Source: Armatimonadota bacterium | GTDB taxonomy: Bacteria; Armatimonadota; UBA5829; DTLH01 | NCBI GenBank assembly: GCA_039680575.1 | Contig: JBDKSP010000088.1 | Location: 12,417-76,416, forward strand | Direction: 5' to 3' | DNA length: 64,000 bases | In this document: positions 1-10,274 of the stretch, one piece after another | Numbering within the stretch: the first letter of the stretch is position 1 | How the letters are laid out: every line of letters starts with the position of its first letter | Position numbers and translations under genes: made by a program | Notes under the pieces: generated by a model | Databases searched by the model: none | The model's input: the letters and a program-made list of their open reading frames with translations, nothing else | What the model was told of the DNA's origin: nothing

Positions 1-1
1 A

Positions 2-502
2 GGGCTGGAAAATGTGCCTAAGGTTCCGGGACGGTTCGAGTCCGTGGACTGCGGACAGGATTTCGGGGTGATTGTCGACTACGCGCACACACCGGATGGC
101 TTGGAGAACGTCCTGAAGACGGCCAGAAGCCTTGCCAAAAAGCAGTTGATAGCCGTTTTTGGCTGCGGAGGGAACCGGGACCGTGGAAAACGCCCGATTA
201 TGGGCCGGATCGGCTCCGAGCTCGCCGATGTTGTGATTATTACGTCAGACAACCCTCGGAAAGAGGACCCGGCGGAGATAATCAAGGACATTCTTGAAGG
301 AGTGCCGCAAAATGTCAAACCAGAGGTATTGGTCGACCGCCGGGACGCGATAGGTCATGCGATTATGATGGCTGAAAAGGACGATTTGGTCGTAATCGCA
401 GGCAAAGGACACGAAGATTATCAGATTTTCGCCGACAGGACAATCCACTTTGATGACAGAGAAGTGGCAAGAGAGATTATTAAGAAGAAACTGAACAAGT
501 AA
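2..502 (+). CDS. murE: UDP-MurNAc-tripeptide synthetase, C-terminal part (truncated by window start)
   Basis: [25 protein letters not shown]-recognition motif SDNPR, IAGKGHE; directly upstream of murF. Confidence 0.95.
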   Translation, partial: GLENVPKVPGRFESVDCGQDFGVIVDYAHTPDGLENVLKTARSLAKKQLIAVFGCGGNRDRGKRPIMGRIGSELADVVIITSDNPRKEDPAEIIKDILEGVPQNVKPEVLVDRRDAIGHAIMMAEKDDLVVIAGKGHEDYQIFADRTIHFDDREVAREIIKKKLNK

Positions 503-505
503 AAG

Positions 506-1861
506 ATGATTTACACAATACGCGAGGCGATAGCCGCTCTGGGCGGCGAACTGGTCAAAGGGAAAACCGATACCGAAGTAACCGGCATATCGACGGATAC
601 ACGCACAATCCAGTCCGGTGACCTGTTCTTCGCACTCATCAGTGAAAACTCCGACGGGCACAGGTTCGCCGCTGCCGCTATTGAGAAAGGCGCATCCGGT
701 GTTATCGTTTCCCAGGACGTTGACGTAGAAGGGACGGTTATCCGCGTTCCTGATACGCTGGTAGCTCTCGGTGACCTCGCAGCTTGGTACAGGCGTCAGT
801 TCAATGTCCGCGTCGTGGGGATTACGGGGAGCGTAGGGAAGACCTCTACTAAAGAAATGGTAGCTGCTGTCCTCGGACGCAGTTTCAATGTGCTGAAAAA
901 CGCCGGCAATTTCAATAACGAGATCGGCGCTCCTCTGACGATATTCCAGCTTCAGCCTGAACACGATATTCTGGTTCAGGAAATGGCTATGCGGCTCCCA
1001 GGCGAGATCACGGAGCTTGCCGAGATCGTTCGTCCCGATATAGGGGTCATCACCAATATCGGGATTTCGCATATAGAGCGGCTGGGCAGCCGTGATGCGA
1101 TTGCTGCGGCCAAGTCGGAGCTTCTGGAAGCCCTTCCGATGGAGGGAATCGCCGTTCTCAATGCGGACGATCCATATTTCGAGTTTTTATCCAGTAAAGT
1201 GCCGTGCAATGTGACTTCTTATGGAGTCAAAGCGGGAGATGTCCGTGCGGAAAATGTCGAGCTGGATGCGGACGGAAGGCCGAGATTCACCGTAGTAGTA
1301 GGTGAGGCACGTTTTGACGTTACGCTTCCTGTCATAGGCGAGCATAACGTCTCGAACGCGCTTGCCGCCGTGGCTGTGGGCTTATGTTTCGGCATTTCCA
1401 AGGAAGAAATTGCCGCCGGGCTGGAGTCTCTATCATCTACGGAGAAGCGGGCAAATGTCATCGAGTGCGCTGGCGGCTACAGGGTTATAGATGACTCCTA
1501 CAACGCAAGCCCCGCGTCCATGACAGGTGCGCTGAAGACACTTGCCGTTATGGACGGGGCGCGAAAAATAGCCGTGCTCGGCGATATGAAGGAACTTGGC
1601 GGCCATGCCGAAGCAGCTCATACCGAGGTAGGGAAGGTCGCTGCCGGGTCGGGGCTCAGTATGATAGTTGCCGTCGGAGAGTTGGCAAAGAACATCTCAT
1701 CCGGTGCGCGAAGCGCCGGTTTTACCGGAGATATTCTGGAATACGGCACGAGTGACGAAGCCGCTGCCGATCTTAAGAGTGTTATCAAGGCCGGTGATGT
1801 TGTGCTCGTAAAAGCCTCTCGCTCTATGGCGGCGGAAAAGATAGTGGAGGCGCTCAAATAA
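506..1861 (+). CDS. murF: UDP-MurNAc-pentapeptide synthetase
   Basis: ITGSVGKTSTKEM P-loop, NFNNEIG, DDSYNASP, LGDMKELG, LVKASR. Confidence 0.95.
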   Translation: MIYTIREAIAALGGELVKGKTDTEVTGISTDTRTIQSGDLFFALISENSDGHRFAAAAIEKGASGVIVSQDVDVEGTVIRVPDTLVALGDLAAWYRRQFNVRVVGITGSVGKTSTKEMVAAVLGRSFNVLKNAGNFNNEIGAPLTIFQLQPEHDILVQEMAMRLPGEITELAEIVRPDIGVITNIGISHIERLGSRDAIAAAKSELLEALPMEGIAVLNADDPYFEFLSSKVPCNVTSYGVKAGDVRAENVELDADGRPRFTVVVGEARFDVTLPVIGEHNVSNALAAVAVGLCFGISKEEIAAGLESLSSTEKRANVIECAGGYRVIDDSYNASPASMTGALKTLAVMDGARKIAVLGDMKELGGHAEAAHTEVGKVAAGSGLSMIVAVGELAKNISSGARSAGFTGDILEYGTSDEAAADLKSVIKAGDVVLVKASRSMAAEKIVEALK

Positions 1862-1863
1862 TT

Positions 1864-2901
1864 ATGGACCAATCAACCGGATATTCCACTTTTCTTATTT
1901 CTTTCATTGGCACAATGCTCATCATGCCGATTACAATTAAGACACTTCGAGCTATGAAAGCCGGACAGGTAATACAGCAGGAAGGCCCGAAAGCTCACGC
2001 CGCGAAAGCCGGGACTCCCACAATGGGCGGCATAGGTATTCTCTTTGGACTGCTCCTTGGCACAGGGTGGTTTGTCTTCAAAGAGGTGGCATCTACCGCC
2101 GTTCAGCCGCAGTCGCCCAGTATGACGATTGTGTTTGCGGTGCTCATACTTACGCTCGCTTATGCTGTGCTCGGAGCCGCGGATGATTATCTGACTATCC
2201 GCCCGCGCGGTGGAAAGCGTGGTATCGGCAGTAAACCGAAGTTCGCGCTGCAGTTTCTGATCGCCATCGCCTTTGTTGCCTGGCTCAACTGCAGCGGAAA
2301 CCTGAATACTGTCATCAAACTCGGCTCGCTCTTCAGCTTCGACCTCGGTTGGGCATATGCGCCTCTCGCCGTGCTTTTTATCACCGGGATGGCGAACTTC
2401 GTCAACATTACGGATGGGCTGGACGGCCTCGCTGCAGGGCTCGCAATTCCACTTGTTCTCACTCTTGCGTTTTTGGTCGAGTTTGTCGGAGACAGTTGGA
2501 ACACTCTTGTGTTTTCATACATGCTTTTTGCCCTTGCAGGAGCTTGTTTGGCGTTTCTCTGGTATAACTACAACCCTGCGAAGGTGTTTATGGGCGATAC
2601 GGGCTCGCTTGCAATCGGCGTGATGATCCCAGCGCTTGCTATTGTGATGAAACTCGAAGTTTTGATGGTCGTCGCGGGGATGGTCTTCATACTCGACGGG
2701 CTTTCATCGGCCTTGCAGTGGGCGTATTTCAAGTATACGAGGATACGGACCGGCACTGGAAAGCGAATATTCAAGATGAGCCCGGTCCACCACCATTTCG
2801 AGCTATCCGGTCTGCCGGAGCAGCTTGTTGTAGTCAGATTTTGGATTGCAGGCGCGCTATTCGCTCTTCTCGCGCTTTTGATTGCGGGGTTACAGCTGTA
2901 A
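1864..2901 (+). CDS. mraY: Phospho-MurNAc-pentapeptide transferase
   Basis: KAGTPTMGG, DDY, NITDGLDGL, FMGDTGS, PVHHHFE; multi-TM. Confidence 0.95.
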   Translation: MDQSTGYSTFLISFIGTMLIMPITIKTLRAMKAGQVIQQEGPKAHAAKAGTPTMGGIGILFGLLLGTGWFVFKEVASTAVQPQSPSMTIVFAVLILTLAYAVLGAADDYLTIRPRGGKRGIGSKPKFALQFLIAIAFVAWLNCSGNLNTVIKLGSLFSFDLGWAYAPLAVLFITGMANFVNITDGLDGLAAGLAIPLVLTLAFLVEFVGDSWNTLVFSYMLFALAGACLAFLWYNYNPAKVFMGDTGSLAIGVMIPALAIVMKLEVLMVVAGMVFILDGLSSALQWAYFKYTRIRTGTGKRIFKMSPVHHHFELSGLPEQLVVVRFWIAGALFALLALLIAGLQL

Positions 2902-4319
2902 TGACAGGAAAAGAGTTTGCAGGAAGAACAGTTGCCGTCATCGGGATGGCAAGGACAGGGATGGCTGCGGCAGAGGTTCTGACGGACCTCGGCGCGCGCG
3001 TCATTTTGTTCGATCAGCAGCCTGCAAACAAGTTGGAAAGCGCTATAAACGAAGCAAGGAAGCTCGGTGTAGAAGTGAGAGTAGAGTATCCCGGCGTCGA
3101 TTTCGATGGGGTCGATCTTCTTATCCCAAGCCCCGGCGTCAGGGCGACTTCCCCTATCTTTACAGAAGCGAAGGCTCGCGGCGTCGAGATCATGTCAGAG
3201 ATCGAGCTGGCATACCGCATCTCGAAAGCCCCTATGATAGCGATCACCGGAACGAACGGCAAGACGACCACTACTGTCCTTACCGGGAAGATCATGAAGG
3301 CCGACGGCAGAGAGACTTACATCGGCGGCAACGTCGCGGCAGGCGATCTCAAGCTGCCGCTGGTGAAAGCTGCACATAAGGCATCTCCTGACGCGGTCAT
3401 CGTGGCAGAGATCAGCACATTCCAGCTCGAATGGATATCAAGTTTCAAGCCCAAAGTTGCGATGCTCCTCAACATCACCGTCGATCACCCCGACCGGCAT
3501 ACTCCAGAAGAGTATGCTTTCCTCAAAGAGAGCATATACAGGTATCAGGATTTTCAAGATTATTCCGTTTCCAATCTGGACAATGCTCCTTCAGCCGCCG
3601 CAGGTTCCCGCGCTCATGGCCGGAAGCTCATTTTCAGCAGACTGAAGCCGGTTGAGCAGGGCGCGTTCGTAGAAAATGGGCTGATAAAGGTCAGGATCGG
3701 CGGCAAAGAAACAGTTGCATGCTCTATTGCGGACATCGAGTCGTCCGGTAGTCTTCCGGGGACTCACAACGTTGAAAATGTTCTCGCTGCGTCGTGCGCA
3801 GCGATTGCCATGGGAGCGAACCCTGAGAGTATAGTAACCGCAGTGAGGAATTTTGCAGGCGTCGAGCACAGAATGGAGAAGGTGCTGACGGCAGGCGGCG
3901 TCGAATACATCAATAATTCGATGTGCACTAATGCCGAGGCGTTTGCAAGATCGGTCGAGTCCGTCGGGAGACCTGCTGTAGTCATAGCAGGCGGAAAGCA
4001 CAAGGGCGGAAGCCTGGAACAGGTGGCTCAGGCGGTCAGGAAATACGCGAAGCACCTGGTTTTGATCGGCGTGAGTGCGGATGAGATCGAAGAAGCCGTC
4101 CGTGAGGCAGGATATACGGATATCACCCATGCAGGCTCGATGGACGATGCCGTAGCAAAGGCAGTCGCGCTTGCCGGACCGGGAGATACCGTAATTCTCG
4201 CTCCAGGATGCGCGAGCTTCGATATGTTCGACAGTTTCGAGGAAAGAGGCGTTATTTTTAAGAGCGCGGTAAAGCAGCAAGTAGCTTTGAGGTGGGGAGA
4301 AGATGAAAAAAGCTGCTAG
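2901..4319 (+). CDS. murD: UDP-MurNAc-L-Ala:D-Glu ligase
   Basis: SPGV, AITGTNGKTTTT, EISTFQL, GVEHRME, APGCASFDMF; start set at ATG 2901 overlapping the mraY stop (TAATG). Confidence 0.95.
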   Translation: MTGKEFAGRTVAVIGMARTGMAAAEVLTDLGARVILFDQQPANKLESAINEARKLGVEVRVEYPGVDFDGVDLLIPSPGVRATSPIFTEAKARGVEIMSEIELAYRISKAPMIAITGTNGKTTTTVLTGKIMKADGRETYIGGNVAAGDLKLPLVKAAHKASPDAVIVAEISTFQLEWISSFKPKVAMLLNITVDHPDRHTPEEYAFLKESIYRYQDFQDYSVSNLDNAPSAAAGSRAHGRKLIFSRLKPVEQGAFVENGLIKVRIGGKETVACSIADIESSGSLPGTHNVENVLAASCAAIAMGANPESIVTAVRNFAGVEHRMEKVLTAGGVEYINNSMCTNAEAFARSVESVGRPAVVIAGGKHKGGSLEQVAQAVRKYAKHLVLIGVSADEIEEAVREAGYTDITHAGSMDDAVAKAVALAGPGDTVILAPGCASFDMFDSFEERGVIFKSAVKQQVALRWGEDEKSC

Positions 4320-5541
4320 AAGACAGCCTGCGGATGTCTGGTTCTTTGCGGCAACTGTGCTGTTGGTAGTTGTCGGCATACTGCTGGTGTTCGATTCCAG
4401 CTTTGCAAGAGCCGGTGACAAGGGACTGTCGAACTCCTGGTACTTCGTAAACCGGCAGATTATGTTCGCCGCTATCGGGTTTGCGGGACTGTTTCTGGGG
4501 ATGAAAATCCATCCTGAGAAGCTGAGAGCCGTGACAAAGGTCTTCATGCTTTTTTCCATCATACTTCTGGGGGTCGTTATGTTCCCTGGAGTGGGAAAGT
4601 CGATTGGGGGGGCTGCGAGGTGGATTCCAATTGGACCATTTCACCTTCAGCCGTCTGAGGTTGCCAAACTTGCAATCATCTTTTATATGGCGGACCGACT
4701 CTCCGCGAAAGGTCCCAGGATCAGGCAGATCGGTGTGCTCCTTTCGCATCTCGCAGTTGTCGGCCTGGTAGTGGCATTTGTCATTGTCGAGCCGGATATG
4801 GGGACGGCGTCATCCATTGTCTTTATCACGGCTGCTATGCTCTACGTTGCAGGCGTGAGGAAACGTCATATGATCGGGCTGGCGGCGACTGGTGTAGCCA
4901 TGGGCGGACTGCTGATAACCATCGAGCCGTATAGAATGCAAAGGGTCTTGACATTCCTCGATCCGAGCAAGGACTACTACGGAAGCGGCTACCAGATCAC
5001 ACATGCCTTGATGGCTCTTGCTACGGGCGGCATGACAGGCGCAGGACTCTGTGAAGGACGTGAAAAATTTTTCATTCCTGCGCCGCAGACCGATATGATT
5101 GCAGCGACCCTTGCAGAAGAGGCAGGCCTTTTCGGGATGCTTCTCCTTCTGGGGCTGTTTATACTGTTTACATATCGAGGCCTCTGCATCGGACACAAGA
5201 CAAAGAGCCCATATATGGGGTTTCTTGCGATAGGTATAACCTCGATGATCAGCCTTCAGGCTATCATGAATATTGCAGTATTCTCTGCGTCAATGCCTGC
5301 CACAGGGGTGCCGCTGCCGTTCATCAGCTACGGCGGATCACATCTTCTGGTCATGTTGTTCGGCGCGGGGATAGTTCTCTCCGTGTCCCGGCATTCGGAA
5401 GAACAGATAGAAGAACCGGAATTGGAAGCTTATGAAAATCGTTGTAACAGGCGGAGGGACAGGCGGGCATATTTATCCTGCACTGAGTATCGCTCATCAG
5501 CTAGAGGAAGAAGGCGTCGAAGAACTCCTGTTCGTCGGTAG
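4303..5541 (+). CDS. ftsW: SEDS-family peptidoglycan glycosyltransferase FtsW
   Basis: ARWI, QPSEVAK, EPDMGT, GYQI, EEAG, TGVPLPFISYGGS; between murD and murG. Confidence 0.93.
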   Translation: MKKAARRQPADVWFFAATVLLVVVGILLVFDSSFARAGDKGLSNSWYFVNRQIMFAAIGFAGLFLGMKIHPEKLRAVTKVFMLFSIILLGVVMFPGVGKSIGGAARWIPIGPFHLQPSEVAKLAIIFYMADRLSAKGPRIRQIGVLLSHLAVVGLVVAFVIVEPDMGTASSIVFITAAMLYVAGVRKRHMIGLAATGVAMGGLLITIEPYRMQRVLTFLDPSKDYYGSGYQITHALMALATGGMTGAGLCEGREKFFIPAPQTDMIAATLAEEAGLFGMLLLLGLFILFTYRGLCIGHKTKSPYMGFLAIGITSMISLQAIMNIAVFSASMPATGVPLPFISYGGSHLLVMLFGAGIVLSVSRHSEEQIEEPELEAYENRCNRRRDRRAYLSCTEYRSSARGRRRRRTPVRR

Positions 5542-6514
5542 CCAGCATGGGCCGGAGAGGCAGTTGGCCGAACAGGCTGGCTTGCGCTTCATGGCTGTCC
5601 CAAGCGGGCCGATAGCAGGAATGTCCTTGAGGACTGTGCGTTCTATGGGGCGGCTTGGCCTCGGGATCGTGAAGGCCTGTTCAATCCTGCGAAAGTTCAA
5701 ACCGGATGTCCTTGTTGGGACCGGCGGCTATACCAGCGCCGGCGTGGCGCTTGCGGACTGGCTCCTCGGCGGAAAGATCGTCATCCACGAACAAAACTCC
5801 ATCCCAGGCAAGACAAACCGAATGCTTGCGCGGCTTGCGAAAAAGGTCTGCGTGACATTCGAAGAGTCAGTCCAGTATTTTCCAAGGGAAAAGACTGTAG
5901 TAACCGGGCTTCCGGTCAGACCGGAGATCATATCCGGTAAAGATAAGCACGCAGCTCGTGAATCGTTCGGTCTGGACCCGGAGAAGGTTACCGTGCTGGT
6001 TTTTGGTGGAAGCCAGGGAGCGCGGCGCGTGAACGAGATGGTCCTCGAAGCTGTGCCGGCGCTGATCGCAGCCGGAATGCAGGTGTTGCACCAGACAGGG
6101 AAAAAGAACTACGAGGATGTTTCCTCAAAACAGCCGGATCTGCCTGGATATGTTATCCTTCCCTACATAGACGATATGGCGGGTGCGTATTCGGCGGCTG
6201 ATCTGGTAGTCTCAAGAAGCGGGGCTTCGAGTATCGCTGAGATAACGGCATGTGGCGTGCCATCCGTCCTGATTCCGTTTCCTTATGCGCATGCGGACCA
6301 CCAGGCAAAGAATGCCGAAGCTGTCGCGCGAGCAGGTGCTGCTATTGCAGTTGTTGAAAAGGAACTGACAGGATCGGCACTTACGGGTATAATTATAGAG
6401 TTGGCTGCTGACAAGGAGAAACTCGGCAGGATGGCTGAAGCAAGCAGAAAACTTGGCCGCCCGAACGCGGCGCTTGATATTGCAAAAATAATCCGCGATT
6501 TAGCGGCAAATTAG
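5432..6514 (+). CDS. murG: Lipid II GlcNAc transferase
   Basis: GGGTGGHIYPA, GTGGY, HEQNSIPG, GGSQGA, RSGASS, DHQAKNA. Confidence 0.96.
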   Translation: MKIVVTGGGTGGHIYPALSIAHQLEEEGVEELLFVGSQHGPERQLAEQAGLRFMAVPSGPIAGMSLRTVRSMGRLGLGIVKACSILRKFKPDVLVGTGGYTSAGVALADWLLGGKIVIHEQNSIPGKTNRMLARLAKKVCVTFEESVQYFPREKTVVTGLPVRPEIISGKDKHAARESFGLDPEKVTVLVFGGSQGARRVNEMVLEAVPALIAAGMQVLHQTGKKNYEDVSSKQPDLPGYVILPYIDDMAGAYSAADLVVSRSGASSIAEITACGVPSVLIPFPYAHADHQAKNAEAVARAGAAIAVVEKELTGSALTGIIIELAADKEKLGRMAEASRKLGRPNAALDIAKIIRDLAAN

Positions 6515-6532
6515 TGGGAATTTAATACTTCA

Positions 6533-7891
6533 ATGACCAGTAAGACTCATTTTATCGGCATAGGCGGAGCCGGAATGAGCGCTATAGCGCGTGTGATGCA
6601 TCACCGCGGCGAAAGCGTTTCAGGTTCTGACCAGAAGAGAAGCACTACGACAGACACGCTCTTGTCGGAAGGTATAGATGTAAAAATAGGGCACGATACG
6701 GCCAATGTGAAGGGCGCATCGCTTGTGGTCTACTCTGCGGCGGTACCGAAAGATAACCCGGAGAGAATGGAAGCCGTGCGGCTGGGAATCCCGGTAATCA
6801 GCCGGGCCGAGATGCTGGGGCGATTGATGAAGCCTTATCATCATAGAATCGCTATCACCGGCACTCACGGCAAAACTACGACCACATCTATGGTCAGTAT
6901 GGTGCTTTCCGCTGCGGAACTGGACCCGACTGTGCTGATAGGGGGAGATCTGAACGCCCTCGGCGGGAACGCGCGGGTCGGTGACAAGTCACTTTTTGTT
7001 GCGGAAGCCTGCGAAGCATTCAATTCGTTTCTGGACCTCTATCCGAGCATTGCGGCGATAACCAATATCGACGCCGATCATCTGGACTACCACGGAACGC
7101 TTGAAAATATCATCAAGAGCTTCGAAAAGTTCATCAGCCAGGTGGACGACGACGGCTGTGTGATAGCCTGCGTAGATGACCCCAATGTCCGCGGTATCCT
7201 GAAGAATGTGTCGAAACGGGTCATCGGCTATTCAGTCAACGGAACGGGTGACATCCGAGCTGAAGATATCTCTGTCGACTCACCCCAGGCAAGCTATGAG
7301 CTTGTTAAGGACGGCAAAAAACTTGGTCGCGTAACACTCGGAGTTACCGGCATGCAGAATATCGCCAATTCTCTTGCGGCAGCCGCAATCGGGTTCGAGT
7401 TGGGCGTGAGTTTCGATGCAATTCGCGCAGGGCTCGCGGATTTCACCGGCACGAGCCGCAGGTTCGAGCAGATCAGCACGATAAACGACATTATGATCGT
7501 CGACGACTATGCTCACCACCCGACCGAGATCAAAGCGACGCTTACTTCCGCGCGCGCTGGGTGGCACAGGCGGATCGTGGCGGTCTTCCAGCCGCATCTT
7601 TATTCTCGCACTGACTTTTTTGCCAAAGAGTTCGCAGGGAGCCTTTCGAATGCCGATGTCGTAGTCGTTACCGGTATTTATGCTGCCCGCGAGAAGCCGA
7701 TAGATGGCGTGACGGCTGAAATGATCGCGAGTAAGATCGACGGCGACAAAGTCCACTATATACCGGATAAATCGAAGATAGTGGAGTTCCTGCTGACCGA
7801 GATCAGACCCGGAGACATGGTCATCACTATCGGCGCAGGCGACATAAGGACAGTCGGGGAAGATTTAGCAGTCGAGCTAGGGAACAGGTGA
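6533..7891 (+). CDS. murC: UDP-MurNAc:L-Ala ligase
   Basis: FIGIGGAGMS, GTHGKTTTT, EACE, DDYAHHPTEI, FQPHLYSRT, GAGDI. Confidence 0.96.
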   Translation: MTSKTHFIGIGGAGMSAIARVMHHRGESVSGSDQKRSTTTDTLLSEGIDVKIGHDTANVKGASLVVYSAAVPKDNPERMEAVRLGIPVISRAEMLGRLMKPYHHRIAITGTHGKTTTTSMVSMVLSAAELDPTVLIGGDLNALGGNARVGDKSLFVAEACEAFNSFLDLYPSIAAITNIDADHLDYHGTLENIIKSFEKFISQVDDDGCVIACVDDPNVRGILKNVSKRVIGYSVNGTGDIRAEDISVDSPQASYELVKDGKKLGRVTLGVTGMQNIANSLAAAAIGFELGVSFDAIRAGLADFTGTSRRFEQISTINDIMIVDDYAHHPTEIKATLTSARAGWHRRIVAVFQPHLYSRTDFFAKEFAGSLSNADVVVVTGIYAAREKPIDGVTAEMIASKIDGDKVHYIPDKSKIVEFLLTEIRPGDMVITIGAGDIRTVGEDLAVELGNR

Positions 7892-7979
7892 CAGAGAACG
7901 GAAAGAATGAAGATTTTCATGCCCAATACCCCTTTAACTGAATGCCGGAAGCAGGCAAAAACGCTTCATTAGGGACAAC

Positions 7980-8032
7980 CCCCCTGGTGGAAAGCTATAT
8001 AAACAGAACAGATGCAGTTTAGCACCAGGGGG
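7980..8032. repeat. Inverted repeat between convergent murC and tal (bidirectional terminator or mini-element)
   Basis: CCCCCTGGTG (7980-7989) / CACCAGGGGG (8023-8032); ACAA on both flanks. Confidence 0.45.
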
Positions 8033-8055
8033 ACAAGGGTTATCGATTGCAGCTA

Positions 8056-9324
8056 CTATACGTTTTGCGCCAGCGACTTGATTCGCTGATCGAGCGCTGA
8101 CTGGTCACTCGCAAAAGATTCCAGCGCCGAAATTGACATAAGGTCGTCGACAGGCGCTCCATGCCAGCTCGAAAGATCCGGTATCTTCCCCTTTTTACGA
8201 ATCGCCTGGTGATCTGCTGCTGTCCAGTTGTGGAAGATATTGATATTATGCTTATGGCTGAGCTCAACCAGGTCGTCTCCGTGTGTAATTTTGTCGCCCA
8301 TACTTACTGCATCCTGAGTGAAATCGATAAATGCCTGGTCAATATCCCATAAATCGTTTATATTGACGGATTTCGCCAAGTTGCTGTCATTCAATTCCAC
8401 CTGTAGATTCTGTGATTTGTGGAGATAGATGTCATCTTTCCTTATATCGAGATCCAGGTATTCTTCTACTGCTTGTATTGGAATGGTGAGGACATCCATT
8501 CCTGCCAGTGTAACGATTTGTTGGCCTGATCTTAAGCTGGCAGCGATTTGCTCGGTTTTTATGCTGTTGTCCTTCTCACGCAAGTTATTGACAGTTTCAT
8601 TCGACGCGAGCGCGGCCTTTTCTCCGACATTTTCCGGTGAGCCTATATGGTTTTCTTCTACTACAGAATTCAATCTTCCAAGAAAGACATTAACAAACTT
8701 TGGCCGCGAGAAGAGCGTAGCCAGATAGTTCTGTCTGGCCGAAAATCCCAGCGTGTAGTTAATCGGAATGTTTTCGCTCGACAGTTTTCTTACAGTTACG
8801 AACCCATCCGGTGTCATAGGGACCTTGACGTAGAAGAAATCGGGGCATATATCGTAGTATCGCCTTGCGTAGATGCATGACCGATCAACATCGAACCCCA
8901 AATCAGGGTGAAGCTCGACACTTACATGCGATCCAAAGCGCTGGACCAGGTCCAGCGCGAGCTTTGCATTTACAAGAAATGCCAGCTCGATGACAAGCTC
9001 CTGTATTGACATATCGGGGCGGATTTCACGGACCTTTCTCGCTGCGTAAGTGATGAATCCATCCATTATACCTGTCTGGACCACCTTGTTTACGAGTGTA
9101 TTGTTAGTTGTAAGCGCTTCCGTTTCCGTGGCCCAGACCTGTCCGGCTGCGGTCGCGTCACCTGTATCGAGCCAGAGCCGGCTGCCAATCTCGCGGAGCC
9201 ATTTGAACTTTTCTGTGCTCTCGAATGGGTTCTTATTCGGGCCTTCGAACCCTTCGAGCGCCAGGTCGTGTATCGTTTTTATGAGTTCAGTGTCTTCTTG
9301 TATCTTTGTTTGTTTATTCATCAT
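8056..9324 (-). CDS. tal: Transaldolase family protein (long, ~420 aa form)
   Basis: WLDTGD, TTNNT, VSVE, Schiff-base Lys in YVKVP, NYTLGFS, FLGRL, AASLR; divergent from rpe-tkt. Confidence 0.85.
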   Translation of the reverse strand: MMNKQTKIQEDTELIKTIHDLALEGFEGPNKNPFESTEKFKWLREIGSRLWLDTGDATAAGQVWATETEALTTNNTLVNKVVQTGIMDGFITYAARKVREIRPDMSIQELVIELAFLVNAKLALDLVQRFGSHVSVELHPDLGFDVDRSCIYARRYYDICPDFFYVKVPMTPDGFVTVRKLSSENIPINYTLGFSARQNYLATLFSRPKFVNVFLGRLNSVVEENHIGSPENVGEKAALASNETVNNLREKDNSIKTEQIAASLRSGQQIVTLAGMDVLTIPIQAVEEYLDLDIRKDDIYLHKSQNLQVELNDSNLAKSVNINDLWDIDQAFIDFTQDAVSMGDKITHGDDLVELSHKHNINIFHNWTAADHQAIRKKGKIPDLSSWHGAPVDDLMSISALESFASDQSALDQRIKSLAQNV

Positions 9325-9457
9325 CTTCTATCACCTGACGGTAAAGTTGTTTTTCGGACAGATAAAAGTTCTTACCCAGTTTCACCCGAAATATTTAAAA
9401 TATGGGTAAACTGTAGCTGCTTTACCGGGAAAAGTGCAGCGCATAGAGGATGGAAGA

Positions 9458-10132
9458 ATGGTTCTAATCGAGGCATCAATCCTTTCAGCCGACCCTATGA
9501 GGCTCGGTGAACAGATTAAAGAGGCGGAATCATCTGGAGTAGATGGATTTCAGATAGATGTGATGGACGGGCACTTCGTCCCCAATATCACCTTTGGACC
9601 GGATGTCGTAAAAGCGATGCGGACAGTTTCTCATAAAATGCTCGATGTCCATCTGATGGTTACCGACCCCGACCGCTATCTGGATGCATTTGCGGAAGCA
9701 GGTGCGGACCGTATGATCGTCCATGTGGAGGCAAGGTCCAATGCTCACCGGGTCTTAAGGGCAATACGCAAACTTGGAATTGAGGCCGGTGTGTCACTCA
9801 ACCCGGGAACGCCGGTCTGTGAATTGGAAGAGATACTGGACATTGCCCAGGTTATTCAGGTTATGACGGTGCATCCGGGCTTTGGAGGGCAGGACTTTAT
9901 CTATAGCCAACTGGATAAGATTCGGCGGATAAAGAAAATGCTCGAAGATCGCAAGTTGACAATACCCATTGCGGTTGATGGCGGCATAGATACCGCCACT
10001 ACGCCCGATGCAGTCAAATCCGGGGCTGAGATACTGGTATCGGGCTCAAGTATTTATAGAGGCAATGCTTCCATTAAGGAAAACATCGCTGCTCTCAGGG
10101 CGAGTATTCAAGGGCATACTGAGGAGAGTTGA
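9458..10132 (+). CDS. rpe: Ribulose-phosphate 3-epimerase
   Basis: SILSAD, DVMDGHFVPNITFG, DVHLM, MTVHPGFGGQ, VDGGI. Confidence 0.95.
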   Translation: MVLIEASILSADPMRLGEQIKEAESSGVDGFQIDVMDGHFVPNITFGPDVVKAMRTVSHKMLDVHLMVTDPDRYLDAFAEAGADRMIVHVEARSNAHRVLRAIRKLGIEAGVSLNPGTPVCELEEILDIAQVIQVMTVHPGFGGQDFIYSQLDKIRRIKKMLEDRKLTIPIAVDGGIDTATTPDAVKSGAEILVSGSSIYRGNASIKENIAALRASIQGHTEES

Positions 10133-10274
10133 CTTGCTGCGTCCGTATCCACGAGCCGCATACTTTGTCTTCAGCAGCTTCATGTCCAAATGTAATATTA
10201 TTCACCGGAAACTGCACTGGGTATAAGCATAAAGTGTCTTTTAGACTTTGATTCTATTGTAATTGGAGGACACA

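Noticed and set aside
5432..5541. 110-bp ftsW/murG overlap
   Set aside because: The Arg-rich tail is simply the murG start read out of frame, an ordinary stop-codon shift.
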